64,000 nucleotides of DNA. It comes from Gammaproteobacteria bacterium. GTDB lineage: Bacteria; Pseudomonadota; Gammaproteobacteria; Poriferisulfidales; GCA-002705445. The stretch spans positions 53,915-117,914 of the forward strand of contig JABHAT010000007.1 in the NCBI GenBank assembly GCA_018674175.1. The letters run 5' to 3'. Of the stretch, positions 30,623-40,024 are shown piece after piece (position 1 is the first letter of the stretch; every line of letters starts with the position of its first letter). The notes below the pieces were generated by a model. It saw only the letters and a program-made list of their open reading frames with translations, made no database searches and was not told the DNA's origin. Position numbers and translations under genes: made by a program.

Positions 30623-31321
30623 ATGTTTTTAAAAAAAAAATTACTTTTATTATTTTTATTTATTCTCTTGGTAGGAATATTATATATTTATAATTACAAA
30701 AATAATAAAAAAATATACTTTCCGATAGTTGAAATTAATATTAATTCGGCAGAAATAAAAAACTCTAATGAAGAAAAAATACGTGAATATTCAGAAAAAT
30801 ATTTAATTAATAAGTCATGGTTTAATTTTGATATCAATATTTTAAAAAGAGAACTTGAGAAAATTGAATGGGTTAATACAGTAGGTGTGAGAAGAGTTTT
30901 TCCGGGAGAAGTAAAATTATCTATTGAAGAACATTTGCCTTTAGTAATATGGAATAATAAATATTATATGAATAGTGATGGTGAAATTTTCTTTGTTAAA
31001 AATATTAGTAAAAAATTACCTAGATTGAATTCAAAAAGTGACAGAAGTGAAACTTTATTCAAATATTATTCTTTTTTCTCTAATAATTTATTAACAAATA
31101 AGATAAGTGATAAAATTATCGAAATAAATGAAAATGATATTAGATCATTATCTATTTTACTATCTTCTGGTATATCTGTACGTTTTGGCTCAAAAAATAT
31201 AAATAATAAGATGAATATATTTTTTAAATCATACAAAAAAATACTAAAAACTAGCGATTTAAATAAAATAAGGTATATTGACATGAGGTATTCAAACGGT
31301 TTTTCAATTGGTTGGAAATAA
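30623..31321 (+). CDS. ftsQ: cell division protein FtsQ
   Basis: N-terminal TM (LLLLFLFILLVGILYIY) followed by a POTRA-like region (VEININSAE...LEKIEWVNTVGVRRVFPGEVKLSIEEH). The ATG at 30623 avoids overlap with ddl. The ORF-track start at 30599 is an alternative. Confidence 0.85.
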   Translation: MFLKKKLLLLFLFILLVGILYIYNYKNNKKIYFPIVEININSAEIKNSNEEKIREYSEKYLINKSWFNFDINILKRELEKIEWVNTVGVRRVFPGEVKLSIEEHLPLVIWNNKYYMNSDGEIFFVKNISKKLPRLNSKSDRSETLFKYYSFFSNNLLTNKISDKIIEINENDIRSLSILLSSGISVRFGSKNINNKMNIFFKSYKKILKTSDLNKIRYIDMRYSNGFSIGWK

Positions 31322-31335
31322 AGCTGGAAAATATA

Positions 31336-32562
31336 ATGGCTAGAGATAAAAAAAATTTAATTGTTGGTTTGGACATAGGGACCTCTTATGTAAAAACTAT
31401 TGTTGGTTCAATTAATGAGGATAGCGAAATTGAGATTGAAGGCGTAGGGCGATCAAAATCATTGGGAATGAAGCGAGGAGTTGTTATTGATATTAGTTCT
31501 ACTGTTGATTCTATAGAAAAGTCAATAGAAGATGCTGAACTTATGAGTGGTGAAAGAATTAGTTCTGTGTACTTTAGTATTTCGGGTAATCACATTCAAA
31601 GTATAAGTGCAGATGGAAGAGCGGCAATTTCTGATCACAATGAAGTTACAAATCAAGACTTAAAGTCTGTAGAAGAATCGGCAAAAGCAATAACGCTTTC
31701 AAATGATCAAGAGATATTACATCTTATTCCAAAAGATTATGTAATAGATAAGCAGTATGGAATTAAAGTTCCATTAGGAATGTCTGGGACTGCGATTGAC
31801 GGAAGATATCATTTAATAATTGGTGCGAAAAATGCCAGAGACAATATTGAGAAATGTATAAAAAAATGTTCAATTAAGCCAGAAACGGTAGTTCTTGAGC
31901 AGCTTGCTTCAAGCATGTCAGTACTTACAGAAGATGAAAAAGAATTAGGCGTATGTTTAGTTGATATGGGCGGAGGAACCACGGATATAGCAATTTATAG
32001 TAATGGAGCTATTGAATATACTTCATCAGTATCATTAGGTGGAGATCAAGTCACTAATGATCTTGCTCAAGCTTTAAAAACTTCTTCGTATAATGCTGAG
32101 GAATTAAAAATTAGACATGGGTGTATTGCTCATGAACTTTCAAATGATGATATTATTGAAGTTCCAGGTGTAGGTGATAGACCACCAAGATCAGTTCAAA
32201 GATATACATTAGTTGAAGTGATGAGTCTTAGATATCAAGAAATCTTTGATTTTATAAGTGATAAAATTTCACAAAATGGTTTTGAAGAAAAAATACCTGC
32301 GGGTATAGTTTTAACTGGCGGGAGTTCAAATGCTGAAGGACTTGTTGATTTAGCAGAAGAAGTATTTCATAGGCAAGCTAGAATTGGTGTACCACAACCT
32401 ATCTATGGGAACTCTAAAAATAGAGTTGAACATCCAGAATATGCTGCCAGTATAGGTCTATTATTATATGCTAAAGAAAAAAATAACCCACAGTTAGAGC
32501 CACTAAATGAAGATTTTCTTCACGTAATTAAGAAGATCTTAAGGAATATTTTTTATAACTAG
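31336..32562 (+). CDS. ftsA: cell division protein FtsA
   Basis: Actin-like motifs VGLDIGTSYVK and VDMGGGTTDIAIY, with a C-terminal amphipathic helix FLHVIKKILRNIF. Start chosen at MARDKKNLIVGLDIG. Confidence 0.93.
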   Translation: MARDKKNLIVGLDIGTSYVKTIVGSINEDSEIEIEGVGRSKSLGMKRGVVIDISSTVDSIEKSIEDAELMSGERISSVYFSISGNHIQSISADGRAAISDHNEVTNQDLKSVEESAKAITLSNDQEILHLIPKDYVIDKQYGIKVPLGMSGTAIDGRYHLIIGAKNARDNIEKCIKKCSIKPETVVLEQLASSMSVLTEDEKELGVCLVDMGGGTTDIAIYSNGAIEYTSSVSLGGDQVTNDLAQALKTSSYNAEELKIRHGCIAHELSNDDIIEVPGVGDRPPRSVQRYTLVEVMSLRYQEIFDFISDKISQNGFEEKIPAGIVLTGGSSNAEGLVDLAEEVFHRQARIGVPQPIYGNSKNRVEHPEYAASIGLLLYAKEKNNPQLEPLNEDFLHVIKKILRNIFYN

Positions 32563-32563
32563 A

Positions 32564-32635
32564 AGTATTTTTAAAAAAATACTATACAAATCATAAAATT
32601 AGACTATTATGTGCATAAAATACATAGTATTTTAT
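32564..32635 (+). other. two perfect 9-bp AT-only inverted repeats in the ftsA-lpxC spacer (possible weak terminator / lpxC regulatory site)
   Basis: The first is AGTATTTTT-aa-AAAAATACT (32564-32583), immediately after the ftsA stop. The second is ATAAAATAC-ata-GTATTTTAT (32615-32635). Function is unknown. Confidence 0.3.
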
Positions 32636-32692
32636 ATCTTTAAGAATACATAATAAATATATATAATAAATTATATAATAAAAAATAAAAAT

Positions 32693-33616
32693 ATGATTAA
32701 TCAAAGAACAATAAAAAATACTATAAAGGCTACAGGAATAGGCCTTCACACAGGTAAAAAAATTACTTTAACTTTGATTCCAGCACCTTCAGAGACTGGA
32801 GTTATATTTATAAGAACAGATATAAAGCCCCAGGTCGAAATAAAAGCCTGCCCAGAAAACGTAGGCGATACAACTTTATCTACAACACTTATCTCGGAAA
32901 AAGTAAAAGTCTCAACAGTGGAGCATTTATTATCAGCAATCGCAGGATTAGGAATTGATAATTTGTATGTTCAACTTGATGGCCCAGAAGTTCCAATAAT
33001 GGATGGAAGCGCAGGACCATTTGTTTTCTTATTACAGTCCGCTGGTATTAAAGAGCAAAGTAAATCAAAAAAATTCATTAGAATTCTGAAGCCTATAGAA
33101 GTAAAAGACGATGAGACAGGAAAATGGGTAAAATTCACCCCATTTGAAGGATTCAAGGTTGCATTCACTATTGATTTTAATCACCCAGTATTTAATGGTA
33201 AGACACATAGTGCTGTCCTAGATTTTTCTACAGTATCATTTGTTAAAGAAGTAAGTAGGGCACGAACATTTGGTTTTATGCGAGATGTTGAGCTATTAAG
33301 GTCTAAAAATTTAGCATTAGGTGGGAGCCTAGATAATGCTGTTGTTGTTGATGATCATAGGGTTTTAAATGCAGATGGGCTTAGATATGAAGATGAATTT
33401 GTAAAACATAAAATTCTTGACGCTGTAGGTGATTTATATTTACTTGGAAAAAGTTTAATTGGGGCGTTTGAAGGCTACAAATCAGGCCATGACTTAAATA
33501 ATAAGCTTCTTAGAAAACTACTTGCGAATAAAGATGCATGGGAAGAAGTTGATTACGAATCTTCAGAAGATCTGCCTATTAACTACATAGATGCATATAG
33601 TACTATCGAATCTTAG
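32693..33616 (+). CDS. lpxC: UDP-3-O-acyl-N-acetylglucosamine deacetylase
   Basis: [24 protein letters not shown] and [14 protein letters not shown]. Confidence 0.95.
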   Translation: MINQRTIKNTIKATGIGLHTGKKITLTLIPAPSETGVIFIRTDIKPQVEIKACPENVGDTTLSTTLISEKVKVSTVEHLLSAIAGLGIDNLYVQLDGPEVPIMDGSAGPFVFLLQSAGIKEQSKSKKFIRILKPIEVKDDETGKWVKFTPFEGFKVAFTIDFNHPVFNGKTHSAVLDFSTVSFVKEVSRARTFGFMRDVELLRSKNLALGGSLDNAVVVDDHRVLNADGLRYEDEFVKHKILDAVGDLYLLGKSLIGAFEGYKSGHDLNNKLLRKLLANKDAWEEVDYESSEDLPINYIDAYSTIES

Positions 33617-33900
33617 ATATTTGGATTTTTTATAATTCTAAATTTTATTTTAATAATTTTAACTTTAAGCATTTTTCTAAACTCATAGTTAACATCCTTT
33701 AAAATATCACGTTGATAATTTCTTATTAAGTTTATACTAGAGCTATTGGTTGCTCCTAGCACTAAAATATTATCGTTTATATTGCAGGCATAACATTTTG
33801 CTTCACTACCAATATATTTATTAATATGATTAGTAATTATCTCCAGTATTTTAGCTTTCTCTAATATACTAATATTAATTGTATCACTAAGTTTTTTCAT
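33613..33900 (-). CDS. small DUF721/DciA-like protein (tentative)
   Basis: 95 aa counted from MKKLSDTI. The C-terminal pattern (...[27 protein letters not shown]...KIIKIKFRI) resembles DUF721. From memory, a DUF721 gene sits between lpxC and the M23 peptidase/secA in Pseudomonas. This is a low-complexity AT-driven sequence, so the call is weak. Confidence 0.4.
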   Translation of the reverse strand: MKKLSDTINISILEKAKILEIITNHINKYIGSEAKCYACNINDNILVLGATNSSSINLIRNYQRDILKDVNYEFRKMLKVKIIKIKFRIIKNPNI

Positions 33901-33963
33901 ATATATAATATTAAAAGAGTAAATTAGTTGTATAATGACCATCTTTATTAAAATTTTGAAAAA

Positions 33964-34896
33964 ATGCAAATAATAATTTTTAAATCCGGAAAAAATAAAT
34001 CATCTTCATATAAAATAAGTGGTTTATTATTTTTATTTTTAGTAACTTCATTAGTGATAGCGTTAACATTAGCATTTAGTTCAGCTACATATATGTATGG
34101 TTATAAGCAAGGGTTCTATGAGCTAAATGAAGATAGAATTCAAGATATCTCTCACTATCAAAATGAAATAAAATTGATAAAAGATGAGAATAAAGAAAAA
34201 ATGGAATTTTTCTCTCAAAAATTAATATCGATATCATATCAAATTCAAAACATAAACTCTTTAGGTAATAAAATAAGTAATATAGCTAAGTTAGACAAAA
34301 AAGAATTTGACTTTAAGAGAGAAAATAATATCGGTGGAGCAAATAAAGTAAATATAGAATTTGAATATGAATCAGAATTTGATAAATATCTAGATAACAT
34401 GATATCTAATCTATCATTAAAGACTGATGATTTAAATTATATTAATAAAATTGTGAGTAACATGGAAATGAAAGAGCAATTTTTTCCTTCTGGTTCTCCA
34501 ACACCAAAAGGGTATGTATCTTCTGAATATGGAAACAGGATAAATCCATTTACAAAAGAAATTAATTTCCACAAGGGAATTGATATAGCACACAAAACAG
34601 AATCAGACATCAGGTCTCTCGCTGGAGGAGAAATTACTTACTCAGGAAAAAAATATGGATATGGAAACTTAGTTGAAGTAAGTCATCTAAATGGTTATGT
34701 GACAAGATATGCACATAATAATAGAAATTTAGTTAAGGTGGGGGAATTAGTAAAGAAAGGCCAAATTATTGCTAAAATGGGAAGTACAGGCCATTCAACT
34801 GGACCTCATGTGCACTTAGAGGTATTAAAAAATAATAGACATATTAACCCAAATAAATTTATTCACTACAAAGAAAAATTCTCAAAAAATAACTAG
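33964..34896 (+). CDS. membrane-anchored M23 (LytM-type) peptidoglycan endopeptidase
   Basis: N-terminal TM, then a coiled-coil region, then an M23 domain. The metal ligands are intact: HKGID (HxxxD) and HVHLEV (HxH). Confidence 0.88.
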   Translation: MQIIIFKSGKNKSSSYKISGLLFLFLVTSLVIALTLAFSSATYMYGYKQGFYELNEDRIQDISHYQNEIKLIKDENKEKMEFFSQKLISISYQIQNINSLGNKISNIAKLDKKEFDFKRENNIGGANKVNIEFEYESEFDKYLDNMISNLSLKTDDLNYINKIVSNMEMKEQFFPSGSPTPKGYVSSEYGNRINPFTKEINFHKGIDIAHKTESDIRSLAGGEITYSGKKYGYGNLVEVSHLNGYVTRYAHNNRNLVKVGELVKKGQIIAKMGSTGHSTGPHVHLEVLKNNRHINPNKFIHYKEKFSKNN

Positions 34897-34915
34897 AAGT
34901 ATCTGAAGAAACCAT

Positions 34916-37480
34916 ATGAATCTTTTAAGAAAAATTGTTGGAAGTAGAAATGACAGAATATTAAAGGATTATAGAAAAATTCTTAGAGAAGTTAATCTGC
35001 TATCCAATGAAATAAAAAATTTAATTGATAGCGATTTTCCAGACATAACAAAAAAACTAAAAATAGATTATAAAAATGGCACGAACTTAGATGAAATTCT
35101 GCCTTATGCATATGCATTAGTTAGGGAAGCATCAGATAGAATAATGAATATGCGTCATTTTGACGAGCAGATATTAGGTGGAATAGCTTTACATAAAGGA
35201 AAAATTGCCGAAATGAAAACAGGTGAGGGGAAAACTTTAGTAGCCACACTCCCTGCTTATTTGAATGCATTAACAGGAAATGGTGTGCATATAATAACAG
35301 TCAATGATTATCTTGCTAATAGAGATTGTAAATGGATGTCTGAATTATATAAATTTCTTGGATTGGAGACAGGGGTAATATTATCAGGCCAAAATATTGA
35401 AGATAAAAAAAGCGCATATGAATCAGATATTATATATGGAACAAATAATGAATTTGGCTTTGATTATTTAAGAGACAATATGGTTTATTCGTTAAAAGAA
35501 AAAGTTCAAAATGAATTAACTTTTGCAGTAATTGATGAAGTCGACTCAATCTTAATTGATGAAGCAAGAACTCCTTTGATAATATCTGGAGCAACAAATG
35601 AAAGCTCAAAACTTTATAAAAAAATTAATAACTTAGTAAAGAAATTCAAACTAGGAAATGAGGAAGATGAGAATGCTGATTTTTTCTTAGATGAAAAATC
35701 AAAACAAGCATTTTTAACTGAAAAAGGTCATGAAGTATATGAACAACTTTTATTACAAAATAATATAATTGATGCTAATGAAAGTTTATATGATTCTAAT
35801 AATATAAATTTACTTCATTATATTAATACCGCGTTAAGAGCGAATTTTCTATACATAAAAGACATAGACTATATTATTGAAGATTCTAAGGTCGTGATAA
35901 TAGATGAATTTACTGGAAGAAAAATGCCGGGAAGGAGATGGGGAGATGGATTGCATCAAGCTATTGAAGCTAAAGAAAACTTAAGTATTGAAAATGAAAA
36001 TCAAACTTTAGCCTCAATAACTTTTCAAAACTATTTTAGATTATATAGTAATCTTTCAGGAATGACCGGTACTGCAGATACAGAAGCACAAGAATTCCAA
36101 GAAATATATAATCTTGAAGTAATTGTGATTCCTCCACATAAAAAAATGATTAGATCTGATCATGCTGACCATGTTTATTTAACAGCAGGAGAAAAATACA
36201 GTGCAATTATTGAAGACGTGAAAAATTGTCAATTAAATAAGCAGCCAGTTTTAATTGGCACTTCATCTATAGAATCTTCAGAGTATCTATCTAAGGCTTT
36301 AAACAAAGAAAAAATTAGACATGATGTGTTGAATGCAAAACAACATGAGAAAGAATCAATGATAATAGAAAACGCTGGAGCTTTGAGCAGCGTTACAATA
36401 GCAACAAATATGGCAGGCAGGGGAACAGATATTGTTTTAGGTGGTAAAAATATAGATGAAAAAAATTTAGAATGGGAGTCACATAATAAGGAAGTTATAA
36501 GTGCTGGTGGCTTACATGTAATAGGCACTGAAAGACATGAATCACGTAGAGTTGACAATCAGCTGAGAGGGAGATCTGGAAGACAAGGCGACCCAGGCTC
36601 TTCAAGATTTTATTTATCATTAGAAGACAATTTAATGAGAATTTTTGCTTCAGATAAAGTAAGTTCACTAATGAAAAAATTAGGAATGAATGAGGGTGAA
36701 GCAATAGAGCATAACTGGGTTTCAAAGGCTATTGGAAATGCACAAAAAAAAGTTGAAGGTCACAATTTCGATATAAGGAAACATTTACTTGATTATGATG
36801 ATGTAGCAAATGAACAAAGAAAATATATATACAACAAAAGGAATGAATTCCTAAAAACAGAGAATAGAAAAAATATAATAAAGATTTTAATAGAAGAAGT
36901 ATTTCTTGAAGTAATAGAAAGCAATATAGATTTAGTTGATAATAGTATTAATCAAATTAGCGATATTTTACAAAGAGATTTTCATATAGATATAGATGTA
37001 GAAAAAATTATTAAAAAATCTACAAAAAAAGAAGAAGTTAGTCTAGCTTTTGTAAATAAAATAAATTCAATATACGAAAAAAATATTTCAGAAATTCCTG
37101 ATGAAATATATTTAGAATTAGTTAAAGAAATATTTATTAATATAATTGATAGAAGTTGGATAGAAAATATACAGTCAATGGATCAATTAAGACAAGGAAT
37201 TGGGCTAAGAAGCTATGCTCAGAAAAATCCAAAACAAGAATATAAAAGAGAAGCATTTGAGATGTTTTCAATAATGCAGAATAATTTACATTACAGCTTT
37301 GTAAGTTTATTATTTAGACTGGATTACAAGGCATCATATGTAAAAAAAGAATCTCCTAGTAATGTAGATCTTAAATATTCAAGTAGTAAAGAAAAACTTA
37401 ATGATAGTAAAATTATAAACAATACTAATAAAAATTTTCGTAAAAAAAATAAAAAGAAAAAAAGAAAAAAAAATAAATAA
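34916..37480 (+). CDS. secA: preprotein translocase ATPase SecA (no C-terminal zinc finger)
   Basis: MKTGEGKTLVATLPAYLNAL, VIDEVDSILIDEARTPLIISG and TNMAGRGTDI. The C-terminus is the polybasic NFRKKNKKKKRKKNK and contains no Cys or His. Confidence 0.96.
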   Translation: MNLLRKIVGSRNDRILKDYRKILREVNLLSNEIKNLIDSDFPDITKKLKIDYKNGTNLDEILPYAYALVREASDRIMNMRHFDEQILGGIALHKGKIAEMKTGEGKTLVATLPAYLNALTGNGVHIITVNDYLANRDCKWMSELYKFLGLETGVILSGQNIEDKKSAYESDIIYGTNNEFGFDYLRDNMVYSLKEKVQNELTFAVIDEVDSILIDEARTPLIISGATNESSKLYKKINNLVKKFKLGNEEDENADFFLDEKSKQAFLTEKGHEVYEQLLLQNNIIDANESLYDSNNINLLHYINTALRANFLYIKDIDYIIEDSKVVIIDEFTGRKMPGRRWGDGLHQAIEAKENLSIENENQTLASITFQNYFRLYSNLSGMTGTADTEAQEFQEIYNLEVIVIPPHKKMIRSDHADHVYLTAGEKYSAIIEDVKNCQLNKQPVLIGTSSIESSEYLSKALNKEKIRHDVLNAKQHEKESMIIENAGALSSVTIATNMAGRGTDIVLGGKNIDEKNLEWESHNKEVISAGGLHVIGTERHESRRVDNQLRGRSGRQGDPGSSRFYLSLEDNLMRIFASDKVSSLMKKLGMNEGEAIEHNWVSKAIGNAQKKVEGHNFDIRKHLLDYDDVANEQRKYIYNKRNEFLKTENRKNIIKILIEEVFLEVIESNIDLVDNSINQISDILQRDFHIDIDVEKIIKKSTKKEEVSLAFVNKINSIYEKNISEIPDEIYLELVKEIFINIIDRSWIENIQSMDQLRQGIGLRSYAQKNPKQEYKREAFEMFSIMQNNLHYSFVSLLFRLDYKASYVKKESPSNVDLKYSSSKEKLNDSKIINNTNKNFRKKNKKKKRKKNK

Positions 37481-38691
37481 TGTTGAAGAAAAAAAATAAA
37501 AAAATATTCGAGATAAATGGAGTAAGTCTTTCTTCTGTGCATTCTGGTATGTACAGAAAAAAAAGATTAGATCTTTCAATTATGTGTATTAATAAAAATT
37601 CAGTTGTTTCTGGTGTTTTCACAAAAAATAAAGCTAAATCTAGTACTATAATTATTAGTCAAGAGAATTTAAAAAAAATGATGCCTAAATATATTATTGT
37701 AAATTCTGGAAATGCAAATGCAGGTACTGGTTCTGATGGATATAAAGACATAATGACGTATAGTAATGCTCTTGCAAATAAAGCAAAATGTTCTACTGAC
37801 CAAATTCTTATCTTTTCTACTGGCGTTATAGGAGAAAGAATAAAAGTTAATAATATAATTAAGGCAATACCAAAATTATTATCTAATTTAAAAGGTGATA
37901 AATGGGAAGATTTTTCTAAATCTATATTAACTACTGACACAAATAATAAAATTGTTTCAAAAAACTTAAAAATTAAAGGGAAACAAGTTAAAATTACAGG
38001 TGTGTCAAAGGGGTCAGGTATGATACAGCCTAATATGGCAACAATGCTTTCATTTGTAGCAACTGATATAAGAATAAAAAAAACAACATTATCAAAAATA
38101 CTTAAAAAAGTCACAGATAGTTCTTATAATATGATTTCAGTAGATGGAGAAACTTCAACGAATGATGCCAGCCTATTAGTTGCGACATGTGAAAATAATG
38201 TTGATTACGACAAATTAAGTTTTAAAGATCAAAATATTTTTTATAATACATTGGAACAAGTATATATAGATTTAGCAAAAGAAATTATAAAGGATGGCGA
38301 AGGGGCAACTAAATTTATTACTATAAATATAAATAACGCATCATCTCAAAAAGAAAGTAAAAATATTGCAATGTCAATTGCAAATTCACCACTTGTAAAA
38401 ACAGCATTATTTGCAGAAGATCCAAATTGGGGAAGAATACTCTCAGCAGTAGGCAATGCTGAGACAAAACTAAAAGATCTTACAAAAATTAAGATTTCAT
38501 TAGGTAAATTCTTAGTTTTCAAAAACAATAAAATTTATAAAAATTATATAGAAAAAAATTGTAAAAAGTACTTAAAAAATAAAAATATATCAATTAATAT
38601 TGATTGTGCTAATGGCAAGTATAATTCAACTGCTTGGACTACTGACTTATCATATGAATACATAAAAATTAATGCTGATTACAGAACATAA
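37480..38691 (+). CDS. argJ: bifunctional ornithine acetyltransferase / N-acetylglutamate synthase
   Basis: Autoproteolysis site is PNMATMLSFVATD; also DGETSTND and DPNWGRILSAVG. The ATG shares one nucleotide with the secA TAA (TAATG). Confidence 0.93.
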   Translation: MLKKKNKKIFEINGVSLSSVHSGMYRKKRLDLSIMCINKNSVVSGVFTKNKAKSSTIIISQENLKKMMPKYIIVNSGNANAGTGSDGYKDIMTYSNALANKAKCSTDQILIFSTGVIGERIKVNNIIKAIPKLLSNLKGDKWEDFSKSILTTDTNNKIVSKNLKIKGKQVKITGVSKGSGMIQPNMATMLSFVATDIRIKKTTLSKILKKVTDSSYNMISVDGETSTNDASLLVATCENNVDYDKLSFKDQNIFYNTLEQVYIDLAKEIIKDGEGATKFITININNASSQKESKNIAMSIANSPLVKTALFAEDPNWGRILSAVGNAETKLKDLTKIKISLGKFLVFKNNKIYKNYIEKNCKKYLKNKNISINIDCANGKYNSTAWTTDLSYEYIKINADYRT

Positions 38692-39271
38692 TATAAATAA
38701 AACAGACAAATATTTTATTACTCCTAATTATTCTGAGACCAATTCTAAAGATTATTATTTTAGAATAGAGAAATTGTTAGACTCAGGAATTAAGATTATT
38801 CAATTCAGGTCTAAGAATCTTAAGAGTAAAGATTACTCTAGAATATCAAGAAAAATTTATAATATTTGTAAAAAGTACGATGCAAGCTATATTATTAATG
38901 ACTACTCAAATTTTAATTTAAATAAATATTGCGATGGAATTCAATTAACTTCAAATAACTTAAAAGAAATAAGAAAAATGAATCTAGATAAGAGGTATAT
39001 TTTAATTGGATCTTGTCATAATATCGACGAAATTAAAATATGTAATAACTTAGAAATAAATTTAATACTTATTTCTCCAGTATTTAGCACTAGTAATAAA
39101 ACTGGTATTGGATGGAAAAAATTTAAAGAGTTAGTAAATGAATCTAAGATTCCTGTGTTTGCTCTCGGTGGATTAAAATACCCTGATGATATTGAAAATG
39201 TAAAAATAAATGGAGGTGTTGGCATAGCAGCCTCAAAATATTTTTATAGTTTATTTGATTCCAGGCAGTGA
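38672..39271 (+). CDS. ThiE/TenI-family (TMP-TENI fold) protein, activity uncertain
   Basis: Shows a TIM-barrel pattern: IIQFRSKNL, YIIND, GIQLTS, GSCHN, ISPVFSTSNK and VFALGGL. The canonical ThiE HLGQxD acid is not evident. No Nudix box is present. Confidence 0.55.
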   Translation: MLITEHNINKTDKYFITPNYSETNSKDYYFRIEKLLDSGIKIIQFRSKNLKSKDYSRISRKIYNICKKYDASYIINDYSNFNLNKYCDGIQLTSNNLKEIRKMNLDKRYILIGSCHNIDEIKICNNLEINLILISPVFSTSNKTGIGWKKFKELVNESKIPVFALGGLKYPDDIENVKINGGVGIAASKYFYSLFDSRQ

Positions 39272-40024
39272 AATCTCAAAATTTACATTATCTTCAACTG
39301 CTTTAGATAGCATTTTACTACCTAAAGAATATTTAAATATCACATTTATATTTTGTCTGTTTACACTAATATCAGGAAATACATTAATATTTTTTTGAAG
39401 ACGAATTCTTACTAAATCTATTCTAGCTCTATTATCCAATCTTTTTTCAAAAAACGATACATCGCTAGTATATTTTTCAAATTTCGTGTTACTCCTTTTT
39501 ATGCTAAGTATGAGTTCTGATGAAATAAATAAATATTTAAAAGGATGGTACCATTTGTTTATATTATCAACTATTTTAGATTTATTTGATGCGAGAAAAT
39601 TTAAATACGAGGGATTATCAAAAAAATTATCACCACCCGGTATATATAGTTTATTTTTAATTTGCATTAAAAAATCATTATCCACTATTGTCTTTGAGGG
39701 ATTGTTTTCAATATCATTTAGTTTATTTAAACATTCTGTTATTTTTTCATGATAAACATCATATTTCATAATATCAATTAGATTATTTTCTCTTAACGCA
39801 TTAATATATATTTTTGATTTTTCTAGTTCTTTTAAAAGCTCAACTTTTAGATTAATTCTAAGTACAAAATCTGATATTTCTATCAAAGTTGTAATACTTG
39901 ATCTAATACTCCATATGTCTTCTTGAGTTAATGCATGCGCGTATTTTTCATAAAGATATTCACACTTTAAAAAATTTCTTATGTTTTCTGCTACTGGCTG
40001 TTCATAAATAATATGTTCGTTCAT
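39251..40024 (-). CDS. zapD: cell division protein ZapD
   Basis: N-terminus IIYEQPVAENIRNFLKCEYL compared with E. coli ZapD [20 protein letters not shown]. 257 aa. Lies downstream of coaE with a 4-nt overlap, as in E. coli coaE-zapD. Confidence 0.85.
   Translation of the reverse strand: MNEHIIYEQPVAENIRNFLKCEYLYEKYAHALTQEDIWSIRSSITTLIEISDFVLRINLKVELLKELEKSKIYINALRENNLIDIMKYDVYHEKITECLNKLNDIENNPSKTIVDNDFLMQIKNKLYIPGGDNFFDNPSYLNFLASNKSKIVDNINKWYHPFKYLFISSELILSIKRSNTKFEKYTSDVSFFEKRLDNRARIDLVRIRLQKNINVFPDISVNRQNINVIFKYSLGSKMLSKAVEDNVNFEISLPGIK

Noticed and set aside
32563-32692. Degenerate ftsZ pseudogene remnant between ftsA and lpxC
   Set aside because: The spacer is only 130 bp. It is almost pure A/T, with stops in all frames and no translated similarity to FtsZ motifs.
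37465-37482. Slippage on the 9-A tract fusing SecA to ArgJ
   Set aside because: The argJ reading frame contains a TAA at 37474-37476, immediately upstream of its ATG. A frameshift within the A tract would therefore terminate rather than produce a fusion.
37324-37622. Three overlapping minus-strand ORFs (65-72 aa, Phe/Leu-rich) across the secA-argJ junction
   Set aside because: They are artefacts of reading long A/T homopolymer runs on the opposite strand. They are fully contained in the secA 3' end and argJ 5' end.
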